Position numbers and translations under genes: made by a program. The notes below the pieces were generated by a model. That model did no database searches. It saw only the letters and a list, made by a program, of their open reading frames with translations, and had not been told where the DNA came from. Shown one piece after another: positions 37,282-50,539 of a stretch of DNA of 64,000 nt; within the stretch, counting starts at the first letter, position 1, and each line of letters begins with the position of its first letter. This stretch comes from Bispira polyomma (lineage: Eukaryota), in NCBI GenBank assembly GCA_965649765.1, contig OZ287761.1, positions 15,748,001 through 15,812,000 of the forward strand, given 5' to 3'.

Positions 37282-38699
37282 TATGATTAGTGTCACTTAA
37301 CTGCAGTAACACTGGTTTATGTGTTACTTTAACCAATCATCTAAATATGCTGAAGCCTTTCCATTAAAGTGCCATATATCTCTATCCTACTAATAGGTGT
37401 ATTAACTCAGAAACGAGGCTTGTGAAAATATTTACATGATGCGGACAATTGCTAAACTCTCAGATATGGCTGATGGAGCACATTCGTGTTACATGATGCG
37501 GACATTTGCTACTCACATGTGGCTGATGGAGCACATTGGCAGGGTTTAATAACCTTATAGTTTATTGTAGTAATTACTCTTATTAAATATTGGTTATTTG
37601 CTTGTAACATGAAAAACTATAATGAGATTCATCAGTCTGAAGGCTTTTGTGGTAGGTTTGTTTTTGAGTGACTAGGAAATTGAAAAGTAAAAATGATCAA
37701 ACTAGAAGCCCAAAGCATAAGTTTAAATGATTATGACTAATTAAAATCTGGCCTAGTTATCAGAAATAGCAAGGCAGAGGAAGTTCATATTTGGTACAGA
37801 TTCCTTAAGGGGTGTTCGTGTGCAACATCATGAGTTGGTTTTACCCAAAAGCCTGTGGGAGTTTCAGTATCTGTGATGCTATTTTGGGGGGAAATTAATA
37901 TCAGTCGAATCTGATAGGACGATAAAAATTTGTTCTACTTAACAGAAATTCTACTTAACAGGGTTTGTAGTTGTAGTTTGTAGTTGTAGTTATGGCCTGA
38001 TCACACCTGTACATGCTAACATGCCTAAATGTAGCAAAAGCAATATAACTGAAAACGTGGTAGCTTTGTGTCAAAGTGACATCATTTTCATTAAGGCTCA
38101 GTTGATTGTGATGTTTCATGATGTTTTGTGACATATTGTGGCAATGTTGGCACCTTCAAACACGGAGGGGGAGGGGGACAAAAATCAAACACTTTACTGG
38201 TAGGATATCACTACCTACTACTACATAGCGTTACTGTACTGCTACTTATTTCTGCGTACCGCTGCGCTCTGATGCTTAGTGAAATGTTCCACGACTAATA
38301 CAGACGAGTGGAGACGAATCACTACTCACTGATACTTACTGCTACATTATGATATGTTATGCTACGTTATTCTACTTATACAGACAAGTAGAGACGTCCT
38401 TAGAAAAATACCAAGAGCTCTGCCACAATTATTTCAAACAGTTTGAATTGATCGTGGCCATGGACTAGACAGAGACGTTTCCAGAATGATATCCGTTAAC
38501 CGACATCATGTAACCAACGCACCAGGGATCCTCACTTTTGTATTAATGTCTACTACATTTGTACTAGGTTTCAAAACAATTGAAAACGTCACAAACATGT
38601 AGCTTCAGCACGTCTAGGTGTGGCCAGGTTTTTAGTCAGGTAATGAACTGGATTCAAACCCCCTTTGGGAGATGCCTAAGTAACATATCTGTGGCATAT

Positions 38700-38912
38700 G
38701 TAGTTAGTCAGGTAGTCAGTCAGGTATTTAGTCAGGTAGTCATTCAGGTAGTCAGTCAGGTATTTAGTCAGGTAGTCAGTCAGGTAGTTAGTCAGGTAGT
38801 CAGTCAGGAATTTAGTCAGGTAGTTAGGTAGTTAGTCAGGTAGTTAGTCAGGTAGTCAGTCAGGTATTTAGTCAGGTAGTCAGTCAGGTAGTTAGTCAGG
38901 TAGTCAGACAGG
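38700..38912. repeat. 12-bp minisatellite, about 17 copies
   Basis: GTAGTCAGTCAG, GTATTTAGTCAG and GTAGTTAGTCAG variants. Confidence 0.95.
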
Positions 38913-39449
38913 AGCTAAGTTGCTCTGTGCCAGCAGTTGAGGGTGTAAACTACTATGATCCCAATGATCAACAATGCAAGGAATGCTAATCAATCCAACC
39001 ATTTTGTAGAAATAAAAACCACTTGAAGCTTTTATCACAGTTAATCAATCAATCAGCTTCAAAGTGGAGGTAAATTCCATTATCTTCTTTCATTACTTCC
39101 TTTCAACCTTAGAAAACAGGTTGGCCACAAGCTTGTCAACTATGACTGTAAACCCTCAAAAATTTGCCGCAATTATATTAGTCATTTAAAAGGGAATCAC
39201 TCCATAAATTGCAGTATGTACTAGTATGCTTAGCAGTAGCTGGTCTAAAGTTGATTTACTTATTACATTATGTTATAATGTTATTTTTGAAGACATTATG
39301 TTTTCTCACAGTTTCTATTACATGTTGAGGTTTATTCACCTCATAAAAGCAATTTGTTTTCAACATGTTAAAGTTTATGACTATTTCGGAATAAAAAACC
39401 AATATCATATTCCCCATAGAAACTGGGACTTAATGTAAATCAAGGCTTA

Positions 39450-39556
39450 GTAGGGGAATGACGGTAACTGATGCAGTTGACTGTTAGTCAGGAAAGGGTT
39501 AATTAGCGCTGTGAATATCAGATCAAGGTAGATATATGTGCTGAGTATAAATTTGA
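39450..39556 (+). mobile_element. SINE 3' tail fragment
   Basis: Matches 17105-17215. L2-like AGCGCTGTGAA..ATGTGCTGAGTATAAAT. Confidence 0.65.
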
Positions 39557-39970
39557 ATGTAGAACAGAATGCAGAATTTTACATTTGAGTTGAAATTTTT
39601 TTTTTCGACTATGGCCTTAGATTTTATAATAATATGTTTAAGCCAAGAATTTTGAAATTTTAGGCGGTCTACAATGAGAAAAATTTTGCAAAACAAATAA
39701 CAGTCCATCCTGTTTAAATTATCACTAGCCATGTTAGAAAAGCAATACCTGCTGTAATTGGCATCAGTTACAATCTATATACACTGCTCACTGGAAGGCC
39801 TTGGAATTACTTTCTGAAACCCTAAACCCTTGTGCAAGACTGGTAGTGCAAAAATTGCAATTTGCAAAAACAAAACGTGTCAATAAATAATGTTGTTGAA
39901 AGAAGTTGAACAATAGTGTACTAGTTATGTCAATACAGTTAAAACAAATGGGTTGATGGACAGAATCTTA

Positions 39971-40148
39971 TAGAGTCAAACCCCTTTAAGTAGAACTCTG
40001 ATGAGTGGAATTATCTGTCAAGTAGAAGTAAATTTAAGGTCTCGTTGCTATATTTCTTATTAAAGTTTACCCTGTAAAGTGAAATTTCTGTTAAATAGAA
40101 CTAATTTTTATGGTGCCTTTACATTCGACTTAACACGGTTCCACTGTA
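39971..40148. mobile_element. TA-CAGT-type MITE (Tc1/mariner-like), AAGTAGAA-repeat family
   Basis: Copies at 1-129 (partial), about 24860-25095 (fragments), 56134-56302 and 61054-61221. Confidence 0.75.
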
Positions 40149-40889
40149 GTATATAGAGTGAAGCTTAGATATAAAGGATCACCCAAGAGAACCCTAAAAA
40201 TGAAAATGGTCTTTATTAACAGGTGGTCTTGATAAAGATTTTTAGTACTAAACATTAGTCTTGGGAAATGAAACTGTGGTCGTTATGCAGAGGTGCTCTC
40301 TTGAGCAGGTTTGACTGTACATACTTGATTTGATCCTTTTAGTAAATTATTTTCTTTGGACTTCATCAGCAACTCTTTTTATTAGGCGCAGCCTGATACT
40401 GTTTTTATTCTGTATCGGGCGCCGCAATCTTAGAAACAATATGTAGGGCCTTCATGGATTGGTTGGAAGCAAATCGACTCGTCCAAACTGAGGTGTCAGA
40501 TTTCTATTATTATCAGTCACAGCTATGGGGCGTCAGATTTGCCTCAGTATATAGTGGCCATAACAACGTTAGTGTATTTGATACTGTGAGCCTGTGTCTT
40601 TTTTTAAAAGACAACTCTTGTTTGTGGGAGATGTCTTGCGAATCGTCTCAAGTCACACATCTGGTGTCAGTAATACATCTCTGACTATGACAAACTACTT
40701 CCTTAATTAATATACAGCAAGTGTCTGTCACTAAGATCTAATTTCACTTGATATATGGTAGAAATGCCTTATTTCTGTTAGTGCAGGGGTGGGTTTGGGG
40801 GAGGGGGATTGGGGATCGTAACCAAATGATATCTGTCTTAAAAATAGCCACTGCTAAGGCCTTAAAGCCATCCTGAGAATATGTATAAC

Positions 40890-41300
40890 TACAGTAGAAC
40901 CTCTATTATCCAAAACTTCCATTGTCAGAATGTAGAAACTTTTACTTTCCTAACAGTATATTTTCCTATTGTTTAATACTGAAATGCCTCTTATGTTTTA
41001 ATTCTATAGTTTTTTTATTAAAATGCATCTTATATTTTAATCCTCCTATAGTTTTATATTAAAATGCCTTTTATATTTTAATTCTCCTATAGTTTTATAT
41101 TAAAATCCCTCTTATATTTTAATTCTCCTATACTTTTATATTAAAATGCCTCTTCTATTTAAATTATCCTATTGTTTTATATTAAAATGCATCTTATATT
41201 TTATGAACCTTCTAATATCCCAACAAAATCTTGCTCTCCCAACAAATTCAGATAATAGAGGTTCTACTTTGGGAACAGATAATAGAGGTTCTCTACTGTG
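40890..41300. mobile_element. MITE of the same family with an internal ~39-bp tandem expansion
   Basis: TIRs, about six units of ATTAAAATGCCTCTTATATTTTAATTCTCCTATAGTTTTAT, and a duplicated right TIR. Confidence 0.8.
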
Positions 41301-41458
41301 GCAACAAAGAGTGTAACAAAGTCATGTCACTGATGATTCTTGTTGATGAATAATCAATGGATGAGAGCTTATGTCTACTAGTAGTTTACTAACAACAGAA
41401 GTTCTTATAGTTATACTAGGGGATTAGGTGTCAGGTTTTCATTTACATAGTTCCAGAC

Positions 41459-41744
41459 CTGGGGCCGTATTCTCAAACGTATACTCAGCTTAAACTCATA
41501 TTCAACTCAAATACAGACCATGTGGAAATCAATGTACATGGAAATAACCTATACTTGTGACCATTCATTTTAATAAAGCTTTTAACACTGAATTCAAATA
41601 TGAAGTCAGATTTTAGATATGTTTACTGTGTTTAGAGTTATGGAGAATTCAGATTTATGTTTACTGTGTTTAGAGTTATAGAGAATTCAGATTTGAGTTG
41701 AGTATGAGTTTAAGCTGAGTATACGTTCGAGAATATCAGCCCAG
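41459..41744. mobile_element. MITE family D (CWG-GGGCC termini, PIF/Harbinger-like), best-preserved copy
   Basis: About 50-bp TIR (TATTCTCAAACGTATACTCAGCTTAAACTCATATTCAACTCAAAT). Core TGAATTCAGTGTTGAAAGCTCTATTAAAATGAATGGTCACAAGTATAGG. About 14 copies; decayed ones at about 1590-1810, 8125-8356, 9197-9408, 43990-44240, 58160-58389 and 59497-59645. Confidence 0.88.
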
Positions 41745-42930
41745 ACATGCCGGCATTGATAGCGCAGTCTGGTTAATAATGGAAATGGAAGCATAAATAT
41801 CCCCAGTCACATTTAGCTAGCGCTACGCGTTCGCTTCCATTTGTCAGATTATGTGTTTGCCGATGCCGACTAGCAGTGGCCGTTTTTTTTGTTTATCACA
41901 GTACATACACAGTGTTAGCCACTTCCATGTGTCAGATGTACATCAGGGGCGATAATCACAAAAGGTCTTAGTCTTAAGGTTTCAGTCTTTGATTATGGCC
42001 AAAAATGTCAAGATATTGATCTTAATCCCAGTGACGTTTAAAAAAGATCTTTGGTTAGTGTTAAGTTTGCCCAATAGTAGCAAGCTTAAATATTTTTGAC
42101 AATGATTGATGAGATGAGATGTCGGCAGAAGCCTAAGATTTTTTCAATCAGAGAGTTAAAAATTTAGCCTTATAAATTCGGATATCTATAATTAAATACC
42201 CTTTTATCAATTGATTCCAATGAAAGGTGACGGACAGAAACTTATTTATAAATCGGCTGAATTCAAAAAATTAATTTGATCGGCCGTTCTAGACTTAGTC
42301 TAAGTTGCAATCGGTGACATGGAAGCGTGGGCTTTTAATGAATGTAGTAAACAAATGGAGATGTTGTTACTGACCAAGATGCTATAAACATGTGTTGACT
42401 TTGGCAAAACACTACTGAGAATATGTGGTAAAATACAGAAATTTGGCCCAAATTTAGAATTGTCCATTATTGAAGGAGAATTTTTGTGTAATTTGAATTA
42501 TTAGAATGTTCCTGAAACAGAGCAGACCTTTCTTTGTGAACTAATAAAAACACATGTGAAAACAAGTTCATCAAATCAAATGTTCAGATAACAGAAGTTT
42601 TCAAATAATAGAGGTAGAATTCATACAGTAGAATCTCTATTATCCGGACATGTTAGGAGAGCAAGGTTTTGTTTGGATAATAGAAGGTGTATACAACAGA
42701 AAAGTCATTTCTGTACAAAACATAAATTTGGGAGAGTAGAAATGAGTTCATGAAATTTCCAAATTTGGATATCAAAAGTTTAAAAAAATAAAGGTTCTTA
42801 ATATTAAACTTATAATAGTGCTTCTTCTGTTTAGTAGTGTTTTATCTGCAAATAGAGTAGACTCTGTATAACTAGAACACCTCGAATATCTACAGCATTT
42901 GGTTCTATTCATTTACACCTACAAAAATAT

Positions 42931-43262
42931 CCCCCGTGGTCTAGTGGTGTTGATCTGATGATCAGAAGGTCCCCGGTTCTATTCCTGGTACCGGCTGCTA
43001 GTTTCATATGGTGGGATAACATCCTCAGGCAAGATGGAAACACAAGTTGCCTAGTGGCTCGGATGACCACTTAAAATGGCGGTCCTCTGTCACTGAGTAA
43101 TATCTACAGTGGCAGATTAAAGATCCTTGGGGATGTTGATAAATGGTCATTCTCAAGCACCTCGGCATCCATAGTGGCTGCCCATGAGGAAGCGCATTCG
43201 AAGTGGCCCTGTGTTGTATAAGTGCGCTATAACAAATGTCCTATTTCACTCATTTTCATTTC
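42931..43262 (+). mobile_element. Composite tRNA SINE: CORE-like plus Deu/Nin-like blocks plus an L2-type tail
   Basis: A-box TGGTCTAGTGG, B-box GGTTCTATTCC, ATCCTCAGGCAAGA, GGATGACCACTTAAAATGGCGGTCCT..TTAAAGATCC, tail AAGCGCATT..GTGCGCTATAACAAAT, then (CATTT)n. Flanking direct repeat AAAATAT. Confidence 0.75.
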
Positions 43263-43567
43263 AAAATATTGATGCTGAAACGTTAAAACTGGTCCCACTT
43301 AGACCTAAATTTGACACTGGTTCTACTGATACAGAGTCAACTGTATGCTATGGGGAGATTGATTGTTGTCAGAGCAGAATATATGTCGGAGTAGTACTAG
43401 TGGAATTTACAGTGTATTGCAATTAGTTGAAGTAAACATGAATAGCTGGCTGTAAGTGGAGCCTGTGATGAAGTACAAAAGTAATACCTGTAATTGAGTG
43501 TGAGTTCCTTTGGACGCTGTGTGTACACCACTATATTCTATTCACAGTATTATTCCTGTTGGAAACA

Positions 43568-43806
43568 GAGTGAGAAGGAATCTAAAATACGCCACTGTAT
43601 CTGAAATTCACCACTTAGAAAATGTTGTGATTTTAGTTGGAATTATGGGTAATGATTTCTTGAAATTTCAATTTATTGCGGCTATTTTACCATTACTTAC
43701 TTTACTACATTACAGTTATTTTTGTAGCCACGTTTTCATTGATTTTGACTTAAATTTTAAGGGGTGGTGAATTTCAGATACAGTGGCAAATTTTAGATTC
43801 CTTACT
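43568..43806. mobile_element. MITE family C
   Basis: Both TIRs present. Confidence 0.85.
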
Positions 43807-44734
43807 GGAACTTTTATATTTTCTGTTGAACTAACTAAACAATGACTGGCTTTTAGTGGGAGACAGACGCATATTTTGGTCACTGTCACAGAATTGTTTG
43901 TTTGTTTCTATATTATTCAGTGTGTGTTGGTCTTTGCATACTGGACAAGTTCCTGCTACTATTACACAGCAGCTATTGATCTTTTTTTAAAGTCCAGCAC
44001 CTAAAACTCAGACGCAACTTGACTAAAGTCTATTATAAGTAACTCCTATATATATATGGATATAACTTGTGTACTTGTGATCGTTCATGTTAATAGAATA
44101 TTTTATCGCTGAATTTAACCGTCCATGATAATAGAACTTTTAGCACTGAATTCAAATACTCAAATGTCATATTTTACTTATCTTCTCTATAGCCTGAGAC
44201 AGGGGGACAATTAGAGTTGAGCTTGAGTCAAAGTCGATTTTTTGGGGGAATTCAGGCCCCAAATGTATGGCAAAATGCTGTTATTTCTTCAGGTTTTACA
44301 CATCTTTCGTAGGCCAGAAATAGGGCGACCTTACAGTGGATCTTTTGTTAAATACGGCCCGAAATGTATGGCGAAATGCGGTTATTTCCTCAGGTTTTAC
44401 TTATATTCCCCAGAGATAGGGGGAACTCCGAGTGGAGCTTGAGATGAATATATATTCAGAAGCTATTTGTTTAAGGGCTTCTCTGTAATGTTTGACCATC
44501 TTGGATTTGACAGGAAATCACCTAGATCTATTTTTTTTAAAGATATCTAAATAACAACCAGTTCAGACCTGTTTTCATTTATACTGAAATGTCGGGCTGT
44601 GATTGATGTTTGATTTGATATATGATTTGTGGGGCCAGCACTTCGCCAGACTTAAGTAGAGCAAAAAAAGCTATAAGATAACATATAAAAAAATTAAGTG
44701 GTCTAACTCCTGTTACCAAGGAATGAAGGGCATT

Positions 44735-45400
44735 TATTTATTTTTTTATTTATTGTATACACGATACACTCTTTTACAATAAAACAAAAAAAAAGAAAAC
44801 AAACACAAAGAAGAAAACATTTATTATAGTAGTGGTGCAAAAAATTTGTAATATAGTATCGATATCATCTTTTGTAAATGTTAAAAGTATTCACATTGGC
44901 ATTCAAGTTAAGCACATTTCCTCTCATGATTAGGCAGAGGCTGAAAATTTTGAATATTAACAATGGCATTACTATTGCACAGTCGGTAGGAATTTGTACT
45001 CTGAATATTACTGAAATTTACATGAAAAACACGATCAAAGGGAATTTGATGATGATACAATAGATATACAAGCAATCTTGATACTTCAGATTTACTACCA
45101 TTCATAGCCAGTTTTTCACATAAATGAAGAATATTAAGTTACTGTTCTAGTGGTAATATAAAGTACAAATGACACCAGAGTTAAAACAGAAAGATGGATT
45201 TGTATGTCATAATATGTGTGATAATACTTTAAATTAATGTTATTTTAATCAAATTTAGCCATGCATTCTTCTTTATACAGTAGAAATTTAGTTTTTGCAA
45301 GAAAAACATGTCAGGCAATTGAAAGTGTTGTAAATTGGTTAATATTCTGAATTGATTTCCAGTTTGACAAAAAAGTACCCACAGGCAAACACTAAATGCC
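44735..45400 (-). pseudogene. Possible ancient LINE 3' remnant
   Basis: Broken frames (TGNQ..NAWLNLIK; SNIQSTNSYRL..LPNHERKC), followed by AATAAA and an A-rich end. Confidence 0.25.
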
Positions 45401-45697
45401 CTACTAAAAAAAAGGAAATTTAGCAGAGAAGTTAGTCTGTGCCAAGCTCTAATGATGACGTATGACCACTGGGAAAATTGTACTTAGATTACCTTTCCCA
45501 AATGATCCTTTTCTCTGGGGTGAAGGGTAAAATCCAATTTGACATCTCGGCCTGGTTTTTATAACAAGTACTGTAGTCCTTTCTTTTACTTTAAAGGGCA
45601 TTTTACTTACAGGATAGCTATTTTCATACACTATAGACTTTAATGCTGTCCTTATTTACAATGTTTTGGTATGTTGAGTATGTTTTCAACATATGGC

Positions 45698-46051
45698 AGT
45701 ACGTCTCTATGTCGGCAATGGGCGACTGCAATCAGCCGAACTTCAACAGGCAATTGACAGTTTTTATGTTTCCATTAAATTATTTAACAAAAATGGATAC
45801 CCGTGTTTAAACTTAAATATTTTAGCCATTTATCAATCGATTTTGATGCAACCAAAAGCAACCCAATAAAATAAGATTTTTCCCAATATTTTTAAAAACT
45901 GTTTACCTTGAGTTACCTTTCTGAGTTATTAATAAAGAATCGTGTAAAGTGTACTTATACATTGTATACATATATATCCGTGAAACCAATAAAATTGCTG
46001 TAGGCCATCCCCGATCGCCTCCGAAAATTGCCTGCATGGAAACATCCACTA
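45698..46051. mobile_element. MITE family with terminus AGTGGATGTTTCCATGCAGGCAATTTT
   Basis: Related copies at about 4387-4570, 21510-22122 (split by a SINE) and 48460-48790. Confidence 0.68.
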
Positions 46052-46452
46052 ATGATGTGTCAGCTTACTTGGTAGCTTTTTGCATTGTGCGCGATGCATT
46101 ATGCGGCTCCTTATTTTGCATACAATGGTAAATTTTCATTGCAGTTAATATAAATGTGCGTCTTACCTAAATATTGTACTAGTAATTCATTATAAGTACA
46201 GCTCAGAGGTGTCTTTTCAAAATTTGACATATGATAGTGTAAAAATGCAAGAGTTTTAATATATTTCTGGTCAGATTTTGTATTGACTGAAGCAACTAGG
46301 GAGCAACCATTACACTTAGCATTTTTTCCTGACTTATTTTGAGACTAATGTATTCAAAGTAGTGACTTATACATACACATTGACTCTGACACCAGATCCA
46401 TGAGTAAATCAAAGTTGTAAGTCAAAGTTACTGATAACTATAACAAATTTCT

Positions 46453-46810
46453 GTAGGGCCGTATTCATGAAAGGTCTTGACATTTAAGTCTTATGCTCAA
46501 GATTTTGGTCTTTGATTTTGGTAGAAAAGGTATTGTATTGTATTTTATTGTATTGTGTATTTCATGCTCCTTATTGATGCTAGGCATCTTTTAAGGTGCA
46601 ACATAAGAATCAGTCATCAGAATCAAAAGTTTAAAATTTTGGTCTTTTAAGTCCCAGTGACAATAAGAAAAGATATTTGTTATTTGGGTATTAAGTTTAC
46701 TCTTAACACTGAGACTAACAGTGGGCAGTCTTTAACATTTTGGACATGAATGTTAGGTTTAGGACTAAATTCTTAAAACATTTACTCACCTTTTGTGAAT
46801 AAGGGCCCCA
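46453..46810. mobile_element. MITE family E with a nested L2 tail
   Basis: GGGCCGTATTCATGAAAGG...CCTTTTGTGAATAAGGGCCC. Confidence 0.8.
46531..46625 (-). mobile_element. Tail-only L2-type insertion inside a MITE
   Basis: TTATTGATGCTAGGCATCTTTTAAGGTGCAACA matches the 3'UTR at 62896-62928. It has a (TACAA)n tail and interrupts a family-E MITE. Confidence 0.8.
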
Positions 46811-47171
46811 ATTTACATCAAATCTGGCAGAAAGGAAGAGAATCCCTTTTTATCAGGTGTATGTTGTTTTGCTTCTGAAAAGGGCGCTGCCATTGAAAAG
46901 GAACTCGGCAAGCAGCTCCAATATGTTGGTCGTATTTTAGATATGTTTATTGTGCACAAAGAAAGAGCAGGTCATATTGTGTATGTCTGTTAGATAGCTA
47001 GAGTTAATGTTACAGAGAGTAACCTTGAATGGGGGTATTGAATTATAGGTAACCTTGGGTGATTCTTATCAACACAGTGAGAAAAGAAGAAGGAATATAG
47101 GACAATTGTGTGCTAATTAGCCAGCACATTAATTTAGAAGTGTAATATTAAACCAGGTAACATTGGTTACT

Positions 47172-47521
47172 TATGGCTCATTCACACTGCACCGAATACG
47201 GATGGCTCTATAGATTTCTTGGTCCTTATAAATTAATGCGGGCATTTGCACTCCGAATCTGGATGTTGATCCAGAAATTCTGTCAGGATCAAAAGTTTGC
47301 ACATCTCATTTGCACGCGAATTGTTGAAAGAAATCACTTATCTCATCAATCCACCAACATTTTGCAGTAAATATGATGTCAAAACATCAGAAAAAAAGTG
47401 ACACAGGATCATATAATTTTGACAAATATTCGGCTGTCTATATATTGCAAGTGTATCAAATTCAGTTGTGTATGGCCGAATTCCTTGATAAATCCATATT
47501 CGGTGCAGTGTGAATTAACTA
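47172..47521. mobile_element. PIF/Harbinger-like MITE
   Basis: ATTCACACTGCACCGAATACGGAT / ATCCATATTCGGTGCAGTGTGAAT. Confidence 0.78.
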
Positions 47522-47759
47522 TTGGCACAAAGAGTCAGAAACAGATTGCACTGGTTATTGTAACATCAGGCAAATTAAGGTCAGAGCTCTGTTAACCTCC
47601 ATTCTAGAAGTATAAAGACAACTCGATTATACGACAGTTTACAAAAAGCAATGTTTTGTTCTGTTACATTAGATATTGTGTGATGTTTTATGGTAAAAAA
47701 GGCCTTAGAAGAACGTGTGATATAGCAAGTCACTTAACAATCCCTTCAAACAAACCACA

Positions 47760-47991
47760 TAGAGTAAGAAATCTAAAAGTCGCCACTGTATCTAAAATTC
47801 GCTAGCTAGAAAATGTTGTACTTTTTGGCAGAATTTTGGATAATATTTGCTGAAATTGATATTTTTGTGACCATTTTGCCTTACTTATCTAAAATTCCAC
47901 TTATTTTGCGCCAGTTTATATATATATTAGGCTTAAATCTTAGGAGTGGCAAATTTCAGATACAGTGGCAAATTTTAAGATTCCTTACTCT
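47760..47991. mobile_element. MITE family C
   Basis: Both TIRs present. Confidence 0.88.
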
Positions 47992-50539
47992 AGGGCAGAA
48001 ATCGAAGGTTAGTACAGGTATCTCTGAGGGCTTGAATTTATTACTGTAGAAAAGTCTGTTAGTTGAAGAAGTAGACTGAAGTTAGTCTTTTTTTGGCTGG
48101 GATACCAGCTCTCTACATGAATAATGCATTGTATTTTATCGTTACTGCAAATTTAAACAAGTGAGTTTGGGCTTATCTAATCTTTGATTGGTTTCATCCC
48201 CCGTTGAATCTGGCCTTCATGATATGACCCAAGCTGTTAAAGGCAATGTAAAACCAAACTAAATTCAAATTGTAAACATAACTGTTCTTCTTGGACTGTT
48301 AAACTAAGGAATCAAAAAACAATTGGCACTGTATCTGAAATTCACCACCCCTACAATTAAGGCCAAATGAATAAAAATTGGTGAAAAAATTTTAGCAAAT
48401 ATTACCCACAATTCTACCAAAAAACACAACATTTTTTAGATGGCAAATTTCAGATTCCTTAGTGTATGTTTCCATGTCGGCAATTGCCGATGGGCAATCA
48501 GGCGATAGCCGATGGCAATCAGCAATTTTTTATGTTTATATGCAATATTTAAGAAAACTGCATACCTGTGTTTAAACTTAAATATTTTAATCATTTTTAA
48601 AGCAATTTTGATGCAAGAAAAAGTATCATAAACCCAATGAAATAAGTGTTCTCATCATATTGTAATTTTTTAAAAAATAGGCAATATTTACAAGGCGACG
48701 GGCATTGGCAGGCGATTTTTTTCGCTCCTGGTACCTAAACAATCGCCTGGTATTGCCCGTCATCTTTGCCCACATGGCAACACTTGGTTATAAATCAGTA
48801 AAAGTGGTAGAATTGCCGTCGGCTGGACGTCTCAGAAAGTTCACTTACTCTCTCTGGCTTGCAATAAAACACACAGGGATATCTACTGCCATGATGTACC
48901 TTGGCTAGTTACCAAGGAATGTTTATGGGTCTTGTTCCTTTGTAGTTGATGACTACACTAGATGTATATAGTTATAAGCCTTCAGCTAGCCACTAAATTG
49001 TTACTGCAGTAATTTCCTGCTTAATTTGTCAAGGTACTGCATTGGTATCGGATGCTGAAACCTTTGCAAGTTTTATATATCTTTTAATAATTTTAATAAT
49101 TTTATGAAATATGTCACATTTTTGTAATATTTTTCTTAATGCTTTGGTTTCTACTTTGAGAAGGAAAGACGACTAGTATTGTAATTCTCTGACACAATAA
49201 CCAGTCGCATGCCGACATCTTAATCTCATTGAGCCCCAGACTTAGAAACAGCACAAATAGTCCCATTGACAAATGACGTGTTTTAGTTTTGTGCAAACAC
49301 TATTTACAAACATTCTAGGAATGCAATTCTTAGAATTTTTTTTAGTCTCAACCAATCAGATTCTTTGAAAAAATATTCTCAGCTAATCAAATTGCTTGTC
49401 ATGCGACAAAAGTAAATTTAGATTTGATTTGTTGTGCCTCAAACATATGCTTGGACATAGTTTGTTGTGCCTTAGAATTCACTTTTCCAGAGATTAAGTT
49501 TGTGAAGACTGATTAGATCATTACTGGCCTCATAACTGAAATTATGCAAAAACAGTAGTTTCACTCCGAAACAAACTAATGCTTTAATATTTTATCCACT
49601 TTTTGAAATTCAACTTGTTTGGTTGATTTTCATTGTGATGATAAACTTTTTAAAATTCTCTATAGAACTGCAATTTTAATTAATTTGAATCTAGCAAAGG
49701 CTGCTACAAGAAATTTGATCTGAGGATCTTGTCATATTCCTAATTCCATAGCTTACATGTAACTTAACCTATAAATTTAGACTTTAGTGTAATATTCTGC
49801 AAGAAGCTATCTTACTGCTCGAAACCAACTTAGACATTTAGACAACTGATCACTTTTTACATCATACCTAGTGTTATGTTTTTTCGGGAAAAGAATATTT
49901 CATTTTTTAACAAAATAACTTTTCAAGGTCTTGTCAATTAGTGGAGTTTAAGTAAAACTCGTAAATGAAAGTACAATTATCTCTGTCAGCTGATACAGCT
50001 TCCTTTTAGTGCATAAACCCCCCTCCCATCCTCTCACCTGACAGAAATTGCCATGACTTTCTGACGTCAGCAAGCTTTCTTTTATCACAGTAAATAATTA
50101 ACTGAACCTCAGACACTGTGAGCATCAAATGGGTTGTTTTTAACTAAATGGGCCTAGGGTTTCTTAATGTATTAGTCACTGATGTCGAGTATCATTTCTT
50201 TCTTATAAAAGCTGTTCTGAGTGATGTAAAAATACAGCGGCCGTACATTTATGTATTAGTGCCTATAATGTCAATCCTTATTTCTCCTACTGATGCTATT
50301 TTTAGCAATACAAAAATACAGTTAGTTTCCAAATGTGCATAAAAAATACTGGGTTTTATTTCGTTGTGTAGCTTAAATGCCTTACTCAAGTTATCAGAAA
50401 CTTTGCAACTTGCACATGGTTCTAGTTTTAGAGAGTCGAAGACCTTCTAACGTGAGCGTTAGCTGGGGGCCGCCATGTTGTATGATGGGTTTATAATGAA
50501 CCATGTAAGGGTGCGGGGGGCGGGACGTTTAAGGCTGTG

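Noticed and set aside
38580-38831. ORF with SQVV repeats (also 35582-35851 and 54357-54542)
   Set aside because: These are translations of minisatellites whose unit length is a multiple of three.
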